Assembly: GCF_009914755.1 (NCBI RefSeq)
Contig: NC_060926.1
Strand: one strand, 5' to 3'
DNA: 64,000 nt
Source: the human T2T-CHM13v2.0 reference genome, Homo sapiens
Part shown: positions 42,201-55,625 of the stretch, piece by piece
Position numbering within the stretch: position 1 is the stretch's first letter
Layout: each line of letters starts with the position of its first letter
Notes under the pieces: generated by a model
What the model was told of the DNA's origin: nothing
Seen by the model: only the letters and a program-made list of their open reading frames with translations
The model's database searches: none
Program-made: the position numbers and the translations under genes

Positions 42201-43662
42201 CTCTTAATGCAACACTTTTCTCCCCTCCGTGTTGCCTCTTTATGGTACATCTTTCTTCCCTCTGTGTTGCATCTTGATGTTACATGTTCCTCTCTCCACG
42301 TTCTTCTTAATGATACACCCTATCTCCTCCGTGTTGCCTCTTGATGGTACACCTTTTTCCCTCCCTGTTGCCTCTTGATGGCACAACTTCTCTTCCCATG
42401 TTGCCTCTCGATGGTACACCCTCTCCCCTCTGTATTGTCTCTTAATGTTGCACCTTTTCCCCTTCATGTCGATGAAACACCCTTCTATTCTTGGTGTTGC
42501 CTCTTGATGGTACCCTCTTCTGCCTTCTATGGTGCCTATTGATGATACAGCCTTCTCCCTTCTATGTTGCCTCTTGATGGAACATCCTTTTCTCCTCCAT
42601 TATGCCTCTTGATGATGGCACATCTGCTCTGCTCCATGTTATCTCTTGATGGTACACAATGTCCCCTCCGTGTTATCTCTCAATGGTAGATCCTTTTCCC
42701 TTCCATCTTGCCTCTTGATGGTGCATCTTTTCCCATCCATGTTCCTCGTGATGGTACAGTCACTCTTTTCCATGTTGCCTCCTGATGGTATGCTCTCCTC
42801 TCTCCATGTTTCCTCTTGATGGTACAAACTTCTCCCTTTCATCTTGTCTCTCGTGGTACACCAGCTCTCCTCTAAGTTGCCTCTAGTGGTACACACTTCT
42901 CTATGTTGCCTCTGGATGGTACTCACCCTCACCTCCATGTTGCCTGTTAATGGCACACACTTCTCCCTTCCTAATTACCTCGTGACGATCTACTCTCTCC
43001 CCTCCATGTTCCCTCTTGTTGGCACACCATTCTCCCCTTCATGTTGCCTCTTGACGGTACACCCTTTTCTTTTCTATGTTGTCTCTTGTTGACACACTCT
43101 TTTGCCTTTATGTTGCCTCTTTAAGGTATGCACTACTTCTTTCCCTGTTGTTTCTTGATGGTACACTTTTCTTTTTTTTTAAATGTTGCTTCTTGATGTT
43201 ACACCCTCTCCACTCCAGGTTGTCTCTCGATGGCACACCCTTCTGCCCTCCATGTTACCTCTTGGTGGTCCACACTTTCTCCTCTGTGTTGAGTCTTGAT
43301 GGCACACCCTCTCCTCTCTGTGCTTCTTCTTGATTGTCACATCCTCTCCCCACCATGTTTTATCTTGATGGCACAAATTCTCCCCTCCATATTGCCTCTT
43401 TATGACATACCTTCTTCCCCTCTATATTGCCTCTTCTTGACACACCCTCTCCCCTTTATGTTGGCTCTTGATGTCACACCTTCTTTCCTCTGTGTTGCCT
43501 CTTGATTGTAAACCTTCGCCTCTCCATGTTGCCTCTTAATGATACATCTTCTCCCCTTTTTGTCGCCTCCTGTTGGCACACCCTTCTCCCCTCTATGCTG
43601 TCTCCCAGTGTTATACCTTCTCTACTCTATGTGTCCTCATGATGGTACACCTTTCTCTCCTC
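39290..43662 (+). repeat. Large degenerate tandem array, ~34-bp unit (about CCATGTTGCCTCTTGATGG[C/T]ACACCCTCTCCCCT), interrupted by THE1D
   Basis: The core recurs every 33-35 bp (e.g. 42332, 42366, 42399, 42433). Roughly 115-120 units, estimated from length divided by period. Confidence 0.96.
41454..41824 (+). mobile_element. THE1D-like MaLR solo LTR
   Basis: TGATATGGTTTGGC...AATACA, 371 bp; 5-bp TSD CCTCC (41449-41453 and 41825-41829). Confidence 0.93.
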
Positions 43663-44861
43663 TGGCCTTTCACAGCTCTCTCCAGCCCTCTCACATCCAG
43701 TTAAATTGTTACATGATCCCCAGCTGCCACCTTGATAAAGGTGGAGATTCACAAAGGCTGAGAGACAGGGCCTAGCATCCAAACCTATAATTTGCAACTT
43801 TATTATTCGATCTCAGCAGGGTGTTTCCTGTTGCAAAGGTTTCCCTGCTTTGATATTATAGATGAAACGGACACTTGCAGAATGTGTTCCTCATCCCAGG
43901 TAAGAAACTGAATAGAACAGGGGGAAATGCTTTAGAGGAGCATAAGGGAATAATATTCTGTGCTAGAAGAGACGCCTGAGGTGAATGCCCAGATGATTAC
44001 TTTGTTCAAAGGGCAATTGTGTCCCCATTGGAGAAAAAAAGGGAGCCCATTCTTTGAAGAAAAATCATTTTACTTCCAGCTCTTCTTTTTTCAGTTTATT
44101 TGATCAGGCCAGACATTTTCTTCCATTTTTTATTTATTTTGTACTTTTTTTCTGACAGATTTAGTTGATCTAGGATGACAACACATTTTTATCTTTGCAG
44201 TTTCAGGTTTAATTAAGCACAGAAGTGACAATTCAGTTTTTCAGGATACCCAACCTCAAAAAAAAGAGGTTCTTCACCTAAAGTTTTCAGAGACAATAGC
44301 CATCTAACTTTACCCTTAGAACTTCAGTTTCTTATAAACCCAGTCAGAATTCATCTTCATCCATTTATGTTGTCCAGTTTACAATCAAAGTACAAGAGAC
44401 TCTTCTTTTTCCTCCTTACCACTAGCAAATTTTCTCTAAGCTTAAATACAGTCAGAAATGCACCAAGTGATATCAAAACAGAATATGATATTACATTAAT
44501 TATATTATATTATATTTATCACAAGCAGTATTGGGGCACACTATCCATCAATCAAGGAAGTTGTTATTATGCTGTAGTATTGAATGATTAAAGTCATTGA
44601 AAAAATGTTTGTCAGGGAAATGTTCTTCAGTTTTGTTTAATACCAGAGCTTTTCTGCAAAGAAATTATGCATGTAATCTTATCTATAATAATTTTTGCCA
44701 TCTATGTATTTTCAGTGCTTTATTTTTTTGATGTTTTCTCATAACTATCAAAAATGTAAAAATAGAAATATTCTGCTCCCATTCAGCTCAGAATAGAAAG
44801 CGAGGAAGAAAGGACACTAGTGTGGAAAAAAAATGCTTTGCTTATTTATAAAATTTTATTT

Positions 44862-45300
44862 CTTCATTTATTCAGTAAACATTTATGGAATGCCTATTGT
44901 GCCATGTGTGGTAATAAGTCCAGTTTATAATGGAGAAAAAGACAGAATTCCTGCTTCATGAGGTATCCATTTGTCAGCAGAGGGGAAACAGAAAACGAAC
45001 AAATAATCTGTGAACATATCAATTTTACACTACAGATTCTCATAGACTATAGTCAGCTCTAAGAAGAAAATAAGATGGAGTAATGTGATGTGGCAGGAGG
45101 AGGGAGAGGAAATTTCAATCAGGGTGATCAGCGAAGTTCTCCCTGAAGTGGCATTTGGCTGAGCCATTAAGTTTAAGAAGAAGCCAAATGTGCAAGGTCC
45201 AGGCACAGAGTGTCCCTAATGGAAGGGTCAGTGAATGGAAAGCTCTAAGAGAACAATCAAGGCCATTGTGTCCAGATCAGATCTAGCAGGTGGAGAGGGG
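44862..45300 (-). mobile_element. L2 3' end
   Basis: ttcatttattcagtaaacatttatggaatgcctattgtgcca...cagggtgatcagcgaagttctccctgaag. Confidence 0.78.
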
Positions 45301-46509
45301 TATGGGAAGAAACCTAAGAAGTACCCAGAAGCCAAATCACATAGCCCAAAAGGATGTGGCCAGGACACTCTCTGTTTGTGAATGGGCAGGAGGGCAGAAA
45401 GATGAGTGTGAAGGCAGAGTTAACAGCCTAAAGGTGTGTAAAATCATGCAACCCCAAGGGAAAATGCAGTCATCAGATGCATTTTCCACTTTGAATCTAT
45501 CTCAAAAAAAAAAAAAAGCACAAAATTGCGCTACACTATTTATCAACTGTGTGCTTGGTATTCCAGTGTCTGGAACTCTGAACACTTTAGATTTTTTAAA
45601 TATAGGATATTGTTGCCTTGAGCAAAGTTACTTTGCAAATCTGGAATCCTCTTATACATGTAGATGTAAGCCTTTCCATGCACTAGAATGTTGGAAAGGC
45701 ATATTCTAAAATACTGTTTGAAAATAATATTGAGGTTATGTGTAAAGCTACATATGTATGAAGCAAAATGTGGAAAGGAATGTGCAAAATGAAACATTTC
45801 ATTAAGGTAGTAAATAAGGGAATATTTCATTTTCTTCTCTAAGGTTATTATGATAACATTTTTATAGTAAAGAAAATCCATTTTTGGCTCAGAGGGTACG
45901 AAAGCATACATTTGCAACCAGGCAGAAGAGCTTTAAATGCTTAAAAGATAGAAAGTAACTTTGATTTTTATTTTAAGTTTTCATTTGAGCCAGGTAATAG
46001 AAACCACCATAAGACAGAATGCTGGTAATCTGAATTAATAGGTATCACTTTACAGAAGTCTAAGAGATTTCAAGAGGGGGTACAGGATTAAATGAACACC
46101 AAGCTGTTCAACAGTTAATTGACTTCTTTAAAATATTCAGTAAGTATTAAGGACTGTTATAAAGTTGTTCTGTATGGAACAGTCACAAAGAAATAACACA
46201 CAAGGTCCCTACTTTATGAATTTGAGCTCAGCATGTTTTCCAGCTGACTTATACTCCTTTAGAGACAAGATTTTCCCCAAATAATTAAGCCCTTATGTCT
46301 TTAATGTCTTTTTGCAATCTAGCATAATGATGTGACCACAGGAATGGACCAAGTGTCATATGGCCTATGGATATGAAAATTCCCCAAGTGAGTGCTGCTG
46401 TCCCACCGTCAAAATTGCACTACACTGTTTATCAACTGTGTGCTTGGTATACCAGTGTCTGGAACTCTGAACTCTTTAGATTTTTTAAGTGTTTCTATCA
46501 AGAGTAGGA

Positions 46510-47620
46510 GTTCATCATAGGTATAAATCTTGTTGAGGTAGTTTCTTAGATATGGCATCAAAAGCACAAGCAACAAAAGGAAAAATAGATAACTTGGACT
46601 TCAAAATTAAAAACTTTTGTGTTTCAAAGGACATCATCAAGAAAGTGAAAAAAAAATCCAATCCAGGAGAAATTATTTGCAATTTGTGTATCTGATAACA
46701 TATCTAGAAAATACAAAGAATCCTTACAACTCAATCATAGACAGGCAAATGTTTACTGATTTGAAAATGGGTACAAATTTGAATAAACATCACTCTAAAC
46801 AAGATATAAAAATGGCCAATAACCACATGAGAATATTCTCAACATCATTAGCCATCAGGGAAGTGCTCATCAAAAGTACAGTGAGATAACACTTCGTACT
46901 CACTAGAATGATATTACTAGAAAGACACAATAACAAGTGTTGGCAGGGATGCAGTGAACGTGAATCCATCATACACTGAGTGTATGATGTAGGGCAGCTG
47001 CTTTGGCAAACAATCTGAGAGTTTCTTGAACGATTAAACATAGAGTTAAGATATGACTCAGAAATTTCACTCCTAGGTATCTATCCAAGAGAACTAAAAA
47101 CATGTCCACACAAAAACATTTATATTCAGTTCATAACAGCACTATTTATAATAATCAAAAGTGGAAACAACCTCATTGTCCATCAATGGATAAATGGATA
47201 ACTAAAACGTGATACGTTCATATAATGAAATGTTATTTTGCAATAAAAAGGAATGAAGTACGGGTAGATGCTACAACATGGATGAACATTAAAAACATCA
47301 TGGTAAGGGAAAGAAGGCAGTCATGAAAGATCAAATACTGTATAACACCATTTACATGAAATGTCTAGAGCAGGCAAATCTATAGACACAGAAAGGAGAT
47401 TAGTGGTTTTCTAGGGGTAGAGATGGGGAGAATTCAGGGGAAGTGACTGCTAATGGGTAGAGGGCTTGGAGGTGATGGAATATTCTCATATTGAGTGTGA
47501 TGATAGTTGTACAACCCTGTAAATATACTTTAAAATATTGAATGATATACTTTAAAAAGGCAAATAGTATGATGGTATGGTATGTAAATTATATCTCAAT
47601 AAAGCTGATGTTTTTTAAAA
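46510..47620 (+). mobile_element. L1MB (7/8-like) 3' end
   Basis: ORF2 tail (aaaagcacaagcaacaaaagg...) and a 3' UTR ending gtaaattatatctcaataaagctg. Confidence 0.88.
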
Positions 47621-48604
47621 AGATAAAAGTTCTTAACAGAGATGACTGCACTATGTAATTTCTACCTTTGCACATTTCTCCCCAAAATGAAGAATTCTGA
47701 CATACTAAGAATGAAATTGTCAAGAAATAAGACTAGAATTAACTGTCCTTACATTGAGCTACATACGCTGCTAATTAAGCTTTTGGCATGGATGTGGAAA
47801 CCAAATGAGCCAAAAGCTAAGTAATTTTCCAAAATATACAATACTAGCAGAATTAAAATTTACTCAATATTAATTAACTCCTCAATCACTATTAGCTTAA
47901 GACTCTAGAATTGTATCTTCAGAAGGCACCTAAGTAATGAATCTCCACACTGTAAAACAGGGAAACAGGGCCCCAGAAATTTCAATGTTTTGCCCCCAGT
48001 TCACATAGTAAATGCTAGACTGAGCAAAGAACAAAAGCCAGATCTTGTGAATTTCAGTTCAATAGAAAGTCAACTACATAAACAGTTTGTAGTACATAAA
48101 CATCTTAGATAATAAGTTCAGCCATTATTTAAAGAAAAACAAAGGAAGTTATGTCCCCCGTAATGCAATTATTTACTTTAACAACAGATATCAAATTCAT
48201 TGCCTTATATTGAAAGAAGAACAAACATTTCTCCTAGGAGTGGTTGCCAGTGTTGTCCTAGTGATTTCTGTCATGTGAGATTCAACCCAAGAACCAAAAT
48301 TTAATGTCTCCAGACACATAAAAGCCACATTTTGTTTTCTGCTTTCTAAGGAATAAGAGATGGGCTGTGACAATTCCAACAGAGGATTGTTTTAGGCCTT
48401 GGACAAATCACCACTGTGATCCTTTCATGTTGCCCTGCCTCTTCCATCCCAGGATAGCACAGACATCCAGTGAGGCCAAGGCAGGAAAGGCACAATGGGG
48501 AGAAGGATGGTGACGAAAGGGAAAAGTGCCCTCTTGCCTACTTTTTGTTGATGTGGGAGCTGGGTAGGAGAAGTGTGGATGAGACTCCAGGTTCTTCTAC
48601 CTCT

Positions 48605-48745
48605 AAGAGTCTAGATTCCTAACCGAAGTAGGGACCAGCATCACCTTGTTAGAAATGCATACTCTAGCCCCACCTCACTGCCGAACAATCAGAATCTCCC
48701 TTTTTACAAGATCCTGGGTGATTAATATCTGAGAAGTGCTGGATA
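48605..48745. mobile_element. MER5-family fragment
   Basis: gggaccagcatcaccttgttagaaatgca...aatcagaatct...ttttacaagatcctgggtgatt. Confidence 0.65.
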
Positions 48746-51198
48746 CCCAGCCAGTCTGTGTCAGCTGTTCTCTGAAGCACTGCTCAGCTGTCTGCATCTT
48801 GGGGACCCAGGTGTCAGTGTCCAAGAAGGAGGGCAGCTCTAGTTTCTGGGCTTGCATGGACAACATCCATTTTTGTTCCAATTGGAAAAGAAATTATGTT
48901 AGAAGAAGTGTTAAGTCAGTCAGCTGCCTCACTAACTCGACTCTCAGCCCAAAGTTAATGTTCCAGTTTTTTCCCCTTCTTATGTTGACCTTTAAAAGCT
49001 CTCAACAAGCTCCCTCAGAATTTCTGTGAATGCCTTTTCATTAAATTTCTGTGCCTTCATCCATGCAAAATAAGGAAGTCCTCTTTTCCCAGAAATTAAT
49101 GTATCTCCTGTCAAACTCTTCATGAGTTCAAACTAATTATGGCTGCAGATGGTACTGCTAAATAAGGTTCTCTATTGTGGAACACTTAATCAAATCAGTG
49201 TTCCTCATAGAAACATCTGTCTTGTGGTAGAAACCTGTTGCTGGAGGTTAGTTGAGACTTTTAAGTTATTCTAGGAAGTTTTTTATCCTAATTTTATTCT
49301 GAAGCAAGGATTGCTATCAAACTCCTGTGCAGGCTTAGAAGTATCTCATCAGGGTTTCTTTTGTCTAAATAATAAATAAAATGGTGGCATTACATTTATA
49401 TTTAAACACTACCTGGCTTGTACAGAGGAGTAAACAGCAGTAGAGTTGGTGAAGTTGCATCCGTTTTGAGCCTGACTGGTGCTGTGTGGATGCGCACTTC
49501 TCCTCATCTTCAGCTGATCTAGAACTCTTCTTCCAGCTATTAACAGTCTTGAGACAATCTCAAAGCACTTTCACCAGAGAGCTAGTGGCTTAGAGAGATG
49601 GTGGCAGGGGGACCGGGGGGGAAGAAAACAGAAACTGCATTTTTGAGTAATGTTTTACTGTGGAAAGTTAAACCCAAGGGCTGAAACGTATCTTTAAATG
49701 ATCAACATTTCTCGAGTGTTCTTCCTTCCCTCTCATTGTCCATGGAGGCAATAGAGATCTGTCTTCTCTGATTTAAAGAAATCAGCATCAATGGCACTAA
49801 ATTGTATGGGATTTCAGAACTTAATTATGGTTTTGATTTTACACTATAGTGGCATGAGATGAATCTAAGGAGAAATGGAAAACTGTACCAACTGGCAGCT
49901 CTATATAAGAAAAGAAAATGTTCAGAGTTTCCAACCATAGCCAAATCAAGACAGCATTTCCAGCTTCAGAAATTACTAATCACTGCCAGAGTCTCATTTT
50001 CAATGGAATGGATTTGGATGATGTGAAAGAGAAGGGTTGATTTATAGCTTAGATGGAATCCAACTCGAGCCAACATAAAGAAGCTCATTATAAGCAATGG
50101 TCACATGTGTTCCCCCACTTACCTGAGTGGCCACTTGCTTGCTGGCTACACAATGACTGCAACCTTTACAATTTACAGTTCATCAAGAACAATTGATTCC
50201 CAGACCTAACATTTTACTGTGGCCTTCACTAGGTTCACACTGATCCACTAGGCTCTCTCCCTGATAGTTCCAAACCCCCAAGGGGGGTCCTCAGATATTC
50301 CCACCCTCCAAGGAGTGGCCATGAGCTTGCTAGAGATGTGTATATGGTAAATGCAAACAATTTTTATTTTATTAGAAAATATCTTATCATTTTCATCATA
50401 GTAGTTAACCATCAACAGCCGTGCTGAGAGCTGAGCAGTCTGTATGGAGAATTAATTCTATCTCATTCAGTGAATGTCAAGCATTCTGGCACTTCCTTAT
50501 TAGTTTAATTTAAATGAAATCACTCATCCCTCTGGGTTTCCATTTTCTATTTCTGCAAAAAAGAGCCAAGCATTGTGGAAGAAGGAACTCCACCTGCCTT
50601 TGGAGCCAGATACCTCCTCTGGTTCCTGGCTTAGCTGCCAAAAAGCACGAGCTCTGGTCAAATCACAAAAGCTCTACACGTTTCACCTGTAACATAAAAT
50701 GTTTATGTTTTATAATGATATAAAATGATTAGGTTAAATTTATATGTAAAATGCTTACTGGGTTCTTTCATTCTCAGAAGTGGTTCTCAGCAATTAGATC
50801 ATTCATGTGTATTTCTTTCTAAGGGAGCTTGCAATTTTTGTGCTCTTGGCAGGCTCTGTAGGTAGCTTATCTTACATTATGAATAAAAGTTTGTAAACAG
50901 AGATGGACTTACTTTCATGTAAGTTCATGAATGAGAATAAAATATTTTGTTGTACATGAAAAATTATAAATCTATACTATACACAGATATATATATATAC
51001 ATGTCTATCCCTGTTTCTATTCTTATCTCTATCTCTATGATCAGTATATCTACGCACAATTATATCTTCTAGAGGCATGCAGATCGTGTTGTCATCTGGA
51101 TTTTTCCCTTTGCAATAAAGGCTCTACTTGAAAAGTCAACCTTGAATAATGTAGAAAACAAGTAGAAGCATTTTTCTCTGCTAGTGAATAGATAAAAC

Positions 51199-51510
51199 TT
51201 TTTTATTTTCATGTTTATTTTTTATTTTTTAGAGACAGGGTTTTGCTCTGTCACCCAGGCTGGAGTGCAGTGGTGTGATCATAGGTCACCAAAGCCTCAA
51301 ACTCCTGGGCTCAAGGGATTCTCCCTCCTCAGCCTCCTGAGTAGCTGGGACTGTGGGTGGGTGTCACCATGCCCAACTAATTTTTAAATTATTTGTAGAG
51401 ACAGGGTCTCACTATATCGCCCAGGCTGATTTCAAACTCCTGGGCTCAAGCAATCCTCATGTCTCAGCCTCCCAAGGTGCTGAGATTTACAGGTGTGAGC
51501 CACCTTGTCC
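51199..51510 (-). mobile_element. AluJ
   Basis: Diverged dimer with J-type aactcctgggctcaag in both arms. Confidence 0.92.
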
Positions 51511-52250
51511 TACAGATAAAGGCTTCTTTCTATAATAAGGAATATAATTAATGACTTTTTCCATTTAGCCTGTAATGTATACTAACTTGAGTACCAAAAA
51601 GATCGCTACTTTTGATTTGACTCCAAAAGCACATGCAACAAAAGAGAAAAGAGATAAATGGAGTAATATCAGACTAAAAAGCTTCTGCACCACAAAGGAA
51701 ACACTCAACAGAATGAAGAGACAATCTACAGTATGGGAGAATATATTTGCAAAACATGCATCTGACAAGAAGTTACTATCCAAAATATATAAGGAATTCA
51801 AACATCTCAATAGGAAAAAAAGAATAACCCAATGAAAAAATGCACAAAGGACCTGAATGGACATTTTCCTAACGAAAGGCATAAAAATGGCCAACATATA
51901 TATGAAAATATTCTCAACATTTCTAATCATCAGAAAAATGCAAATTAAAACCACAATGAGATAGCATGTCATGCCTATGAAGGTGACTGTTATGAAAAAG
52001 ACAATAAAATAACAGGTGTTGGTGAGGATGTGGAGGAAAGGGAACTCTTGTATGCTCTTGGTGAGAATATACATTAGTAGAGTCATTATGGAAAACATTA
52101 TGTAGCTTCATTAAAAATTAAAAATAGAACTACCATACGATCTAGCAATTCCATTTCTAGGTATATGTCCAAAGGAAATTAGTGTGTGAAAGATATCTGC
52201 ACTCGCATGTTCATTGCAGTAGTATTTGCAATAGCCAACCTATGGAATCA

Positions 52251-52594
<344 letters not shown>

Positions 52595-52738
52595 GAAATC
52601 ACGGAGCATAGACATGATAAAATACTATTCAGCTCTATAAAAAAGAGGGAAATCCTGTCATTTACAACAACATGGAGGAAACCGGTGGACATAATGTTAG
52701 GTGAAAGCCAGACAAAAAAAAAAAAAAGACAAATACTG

Positions 52739-53067
52739 TCCTTTCAGGGACATGGATGAAGCTGGAAGCCATCATTCTCAGCAAACTAACACAGGAACAG
52801 AAAACCAAACACTGCATGTTCTCCCTTATAAGTGGGAGTTGAACAATGAGAACACATAGACACAGAGAGAGGAACATCACACACTGGGGCCTGTTGGGGA
52901 ATGGGGTCAAGGGGAGAGAGAGCATTAGGATAAATACCTAATGAATAAGGGGTTTAAAACCTAGATTACAGGTTGATAGGTGCAGCAAGCCACCATGGCA
53001 CATCTATACTTATATAAGAAACCTGCATGTTCTGCACATGTATCCCATAACTTAAAGTAACATAATC
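52739..53067 (+). mobile_element. 5'-truncated L1PA (about PA7-8) 3' end
   Basis: gggacatggatgaagctggaagccatcattctcagc...cttaaagtaa; 16-bp TSD aaaaagacaaatactg on both sides. Confidence 0.92.
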
Positions 53068-53260
53068 AAAAAGACAAATACTGCATGAAATCGCTTATAT
53101 GTGAAATCTTAAAAAGTCAAGCTCATGGCAGCAGAAAATAGAATGATGGTTACCAGAGGGTGGAGGATAGGAGGATTGGGGAGATACTGGTCAAGGGATA
53201 CAAAATTTCAGTTAGCAGGAAGAAGTTCAAGAGCTCTATTGTATACCATAGTAACTCTAG

Positions 53261-55625
53261 GATTTTTTGGTTTTGTTTTTTAATTTTAAGTTCCAGGGCA
53301 CATGTGGAGGATGTGCAGGTTTGTTACATAGGTAGACATGTGCTGTGATGTTTTGCTGCACTTATCAACCTATCGCGTAGGTATTAAGCCCAGCATGCAT
53401 TAGCTATTTTTCCTGATGCTCTTCCTGTCCCTGCACCCCCTACTCCCAACAGGCCCCAGTGTGTGTTGTTCCCCTCCCTGTGTCTATGTGTTCACATTGT
53501 TCAGCTCCCACTTGTAAGTGAGAACGTGCGGTGTTTGGTTTTCTATTCCTGCATTAGTTTGCTGAGGATAATGGCTTCCAGCTCCACTCATGTCCCTGCA
53601 AAGGACATCATCTCGTTCCTTTTTATGGTTTCATGGTTTTCCATGGTGTATATTTACCACATTTTCTTTACCCAGTCTATCACTGACGGGCATTCGGGTT
53701 GATTACATGTTTTTGCTATTGTGAATAGTGCTGCAATGAACATATACACATGCAGGTATCTTTATATAGAATGATTTATATTCCTTTGGGTATTATAGTA
53801 ATGGCATTGCTGGGACAAATGGTATTTCTGCCTCTAGGTTTTTGAGGAATCACCACACTGTCTCCCACAATGGTTGATCTAATTTACATTCCCACCAACA
53901 GTGTAAAAGTGTTCCTTTTTCTCCGCAGCCTCACCAGCATTTGTTGTCTCCTGACTTTTTAATGATTGCCATTCTAACTGGCGTGAGATGGTATCTCATT
54001 GTGGTTTTGATTTGAATTTCTCTAATGCTCAGTGATGTTGAGCTTTTCTGCATATGTTTGTTGGCTGCATGAATATCTTCTTTTGAGAAATGTCTGTTCA
54101 TGTCCTTTGCCCACTTTTTAATGAGGTTGTTTGCTTTTTTCTTGTAAATTTGTTTAAATTTCTTGTAGATTCTGGATATTAGACCTTTGTCAGATGGATA
54201 GATTGCAAAAAGTTTCCCCCATTCTGTAGGTTGTTGCTCACTCTAGTGACAGTTTCTTTTGCTGTGCAGAAGCTCATTTAATTATATCCCATTTGTCAAT
54301 TTTTGTTTTGTTGCAATTGCAACAAGATTTCAGCATTTTCATAATGAAATCTTTGCTTGTGCCTATGTCCTGAATGGTATTGCCTAAGTTTCCTTCTAGG
54401 GTTTTTATAGTTTTGGGTTTTATATTTAAGTTGTTAATTCATCTTGAGTTAATTTTTATATAAGGTGTAAGGAAGGGGTCCAGTTTTAATTTTTCTGAAT
54501 ATGGCTAGCCAGTTCTCCCAGCACCATTTGTTAAATAGGGAATCCTTTCCTCATTGCTTGTTTATGTCAGATTTGTAGAAGATCATGTGGTTGTAGATGT
54601 GTGATCTTATTTCTGAGTTCTATTCTGTTCCATTGGTCTATGTGTCTGTTTTTGTACCAGTGCTATGTTGTTTTGGTTACTTTAGCCTTGTAGTATAGTT
54701 TGAAGTCAGATAGCATGATGCCTCCAGCTTTGTTCTTTTTGCTTGGGATTGTCTTGGCTATACAGGCTCTTTTCTGGTTCCATATGAATTTTAAAAGAGT
54801 TTTTTTCTAATTCTGTGAAGACTGTCAATGGAATGTCAATTAAGGGGAATAGCATTGAATCTATAAATTATTTTGGGCAATATGGCCATTTTCACAATAT
54901 TGATTCTTCCTGTCCATAAACATGGTATATTTTTCCATTCACTTGTGTATTCTCTGATTTCCTTGAGCAGTGGTTTGCAGATCTCCTTGGAGAGGTCCTT
55001 CACTTCCCTTGTCAGCTGTATTCCACCATGATCAACTCAGCTTCATTCCTGGGATTCAAGGCTGGTTCAACATACTGAAAATAAACGTAATTCATTACAT
55101 AAACAGAACTAAAGACAAAAAGTACATGATTATCTCAATAGACGCGGAAAAGGCCTTTGATAAAATTCAACATCTCTTCATGTTAAAAACTCTCAATAAA
55201 ATAGGTATTAAAGGAACATACCTCAAAATAACAAGAGTCATTTATGACAGACTCACAGCCAATATCATACTGAATGGGCAAAAGCTGGAAGCAATCCCCT
55301 TGAAAACTGGCACAAGACGATAGGAGTGCTCTCACCACTCCTATTCAGCATAGTATTGGACATTCTGACCAGGGCAATCAGGCAAGAGAAAGTAATAAGT
55401 GTATTCAAATAGGAAGAGAGGAAGTCAAATTGTCTTTATTTGCAGATGACATGACCCTATATGTAGAAAATCCCATCTTTTCAGCCCACAAGTTTCTTAA
55501 GCTGATAAGCAACTTCAGCAGTCTCAGGATACAAAATCAATATGCAAAAATCACAAACATTTCTATACACAAACAATAGGCATGCAGAGAGCCAAATCAT
55601 GAATGAATTCCCATTCACAATTGCT
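53261..55625 (-). mobile_element. L1PA (about PA8-10) with a 5' inversion: minus-strand part 53261-55024, inverted plus-strand part about 55022-55625
   Basis: Antisense 3' UTR/ORF2 switches at ...gctgtattcc/accatgatc to sense RT-region sequence ([16 protein letters not shown]...[12 protein letters not shown]). Confidence 0.92.

Noticed and set aside
39290-43662. CRISPR-like repeat/spacer array
   Set aside because: The repeats are degenerate, the linkers are short, low-complexity and mutually similar rather than unique spacers, there are no cas genes, and the context is primate DNA.
39211-43775. Dense cluster of ORFs on both strands
   Set aside because: These are translations of the 34-bp unit (PCCLLMAHP, MLPLDGTP, HQEATWR) that shift frame every unit; there is no long ORF or splice structure.
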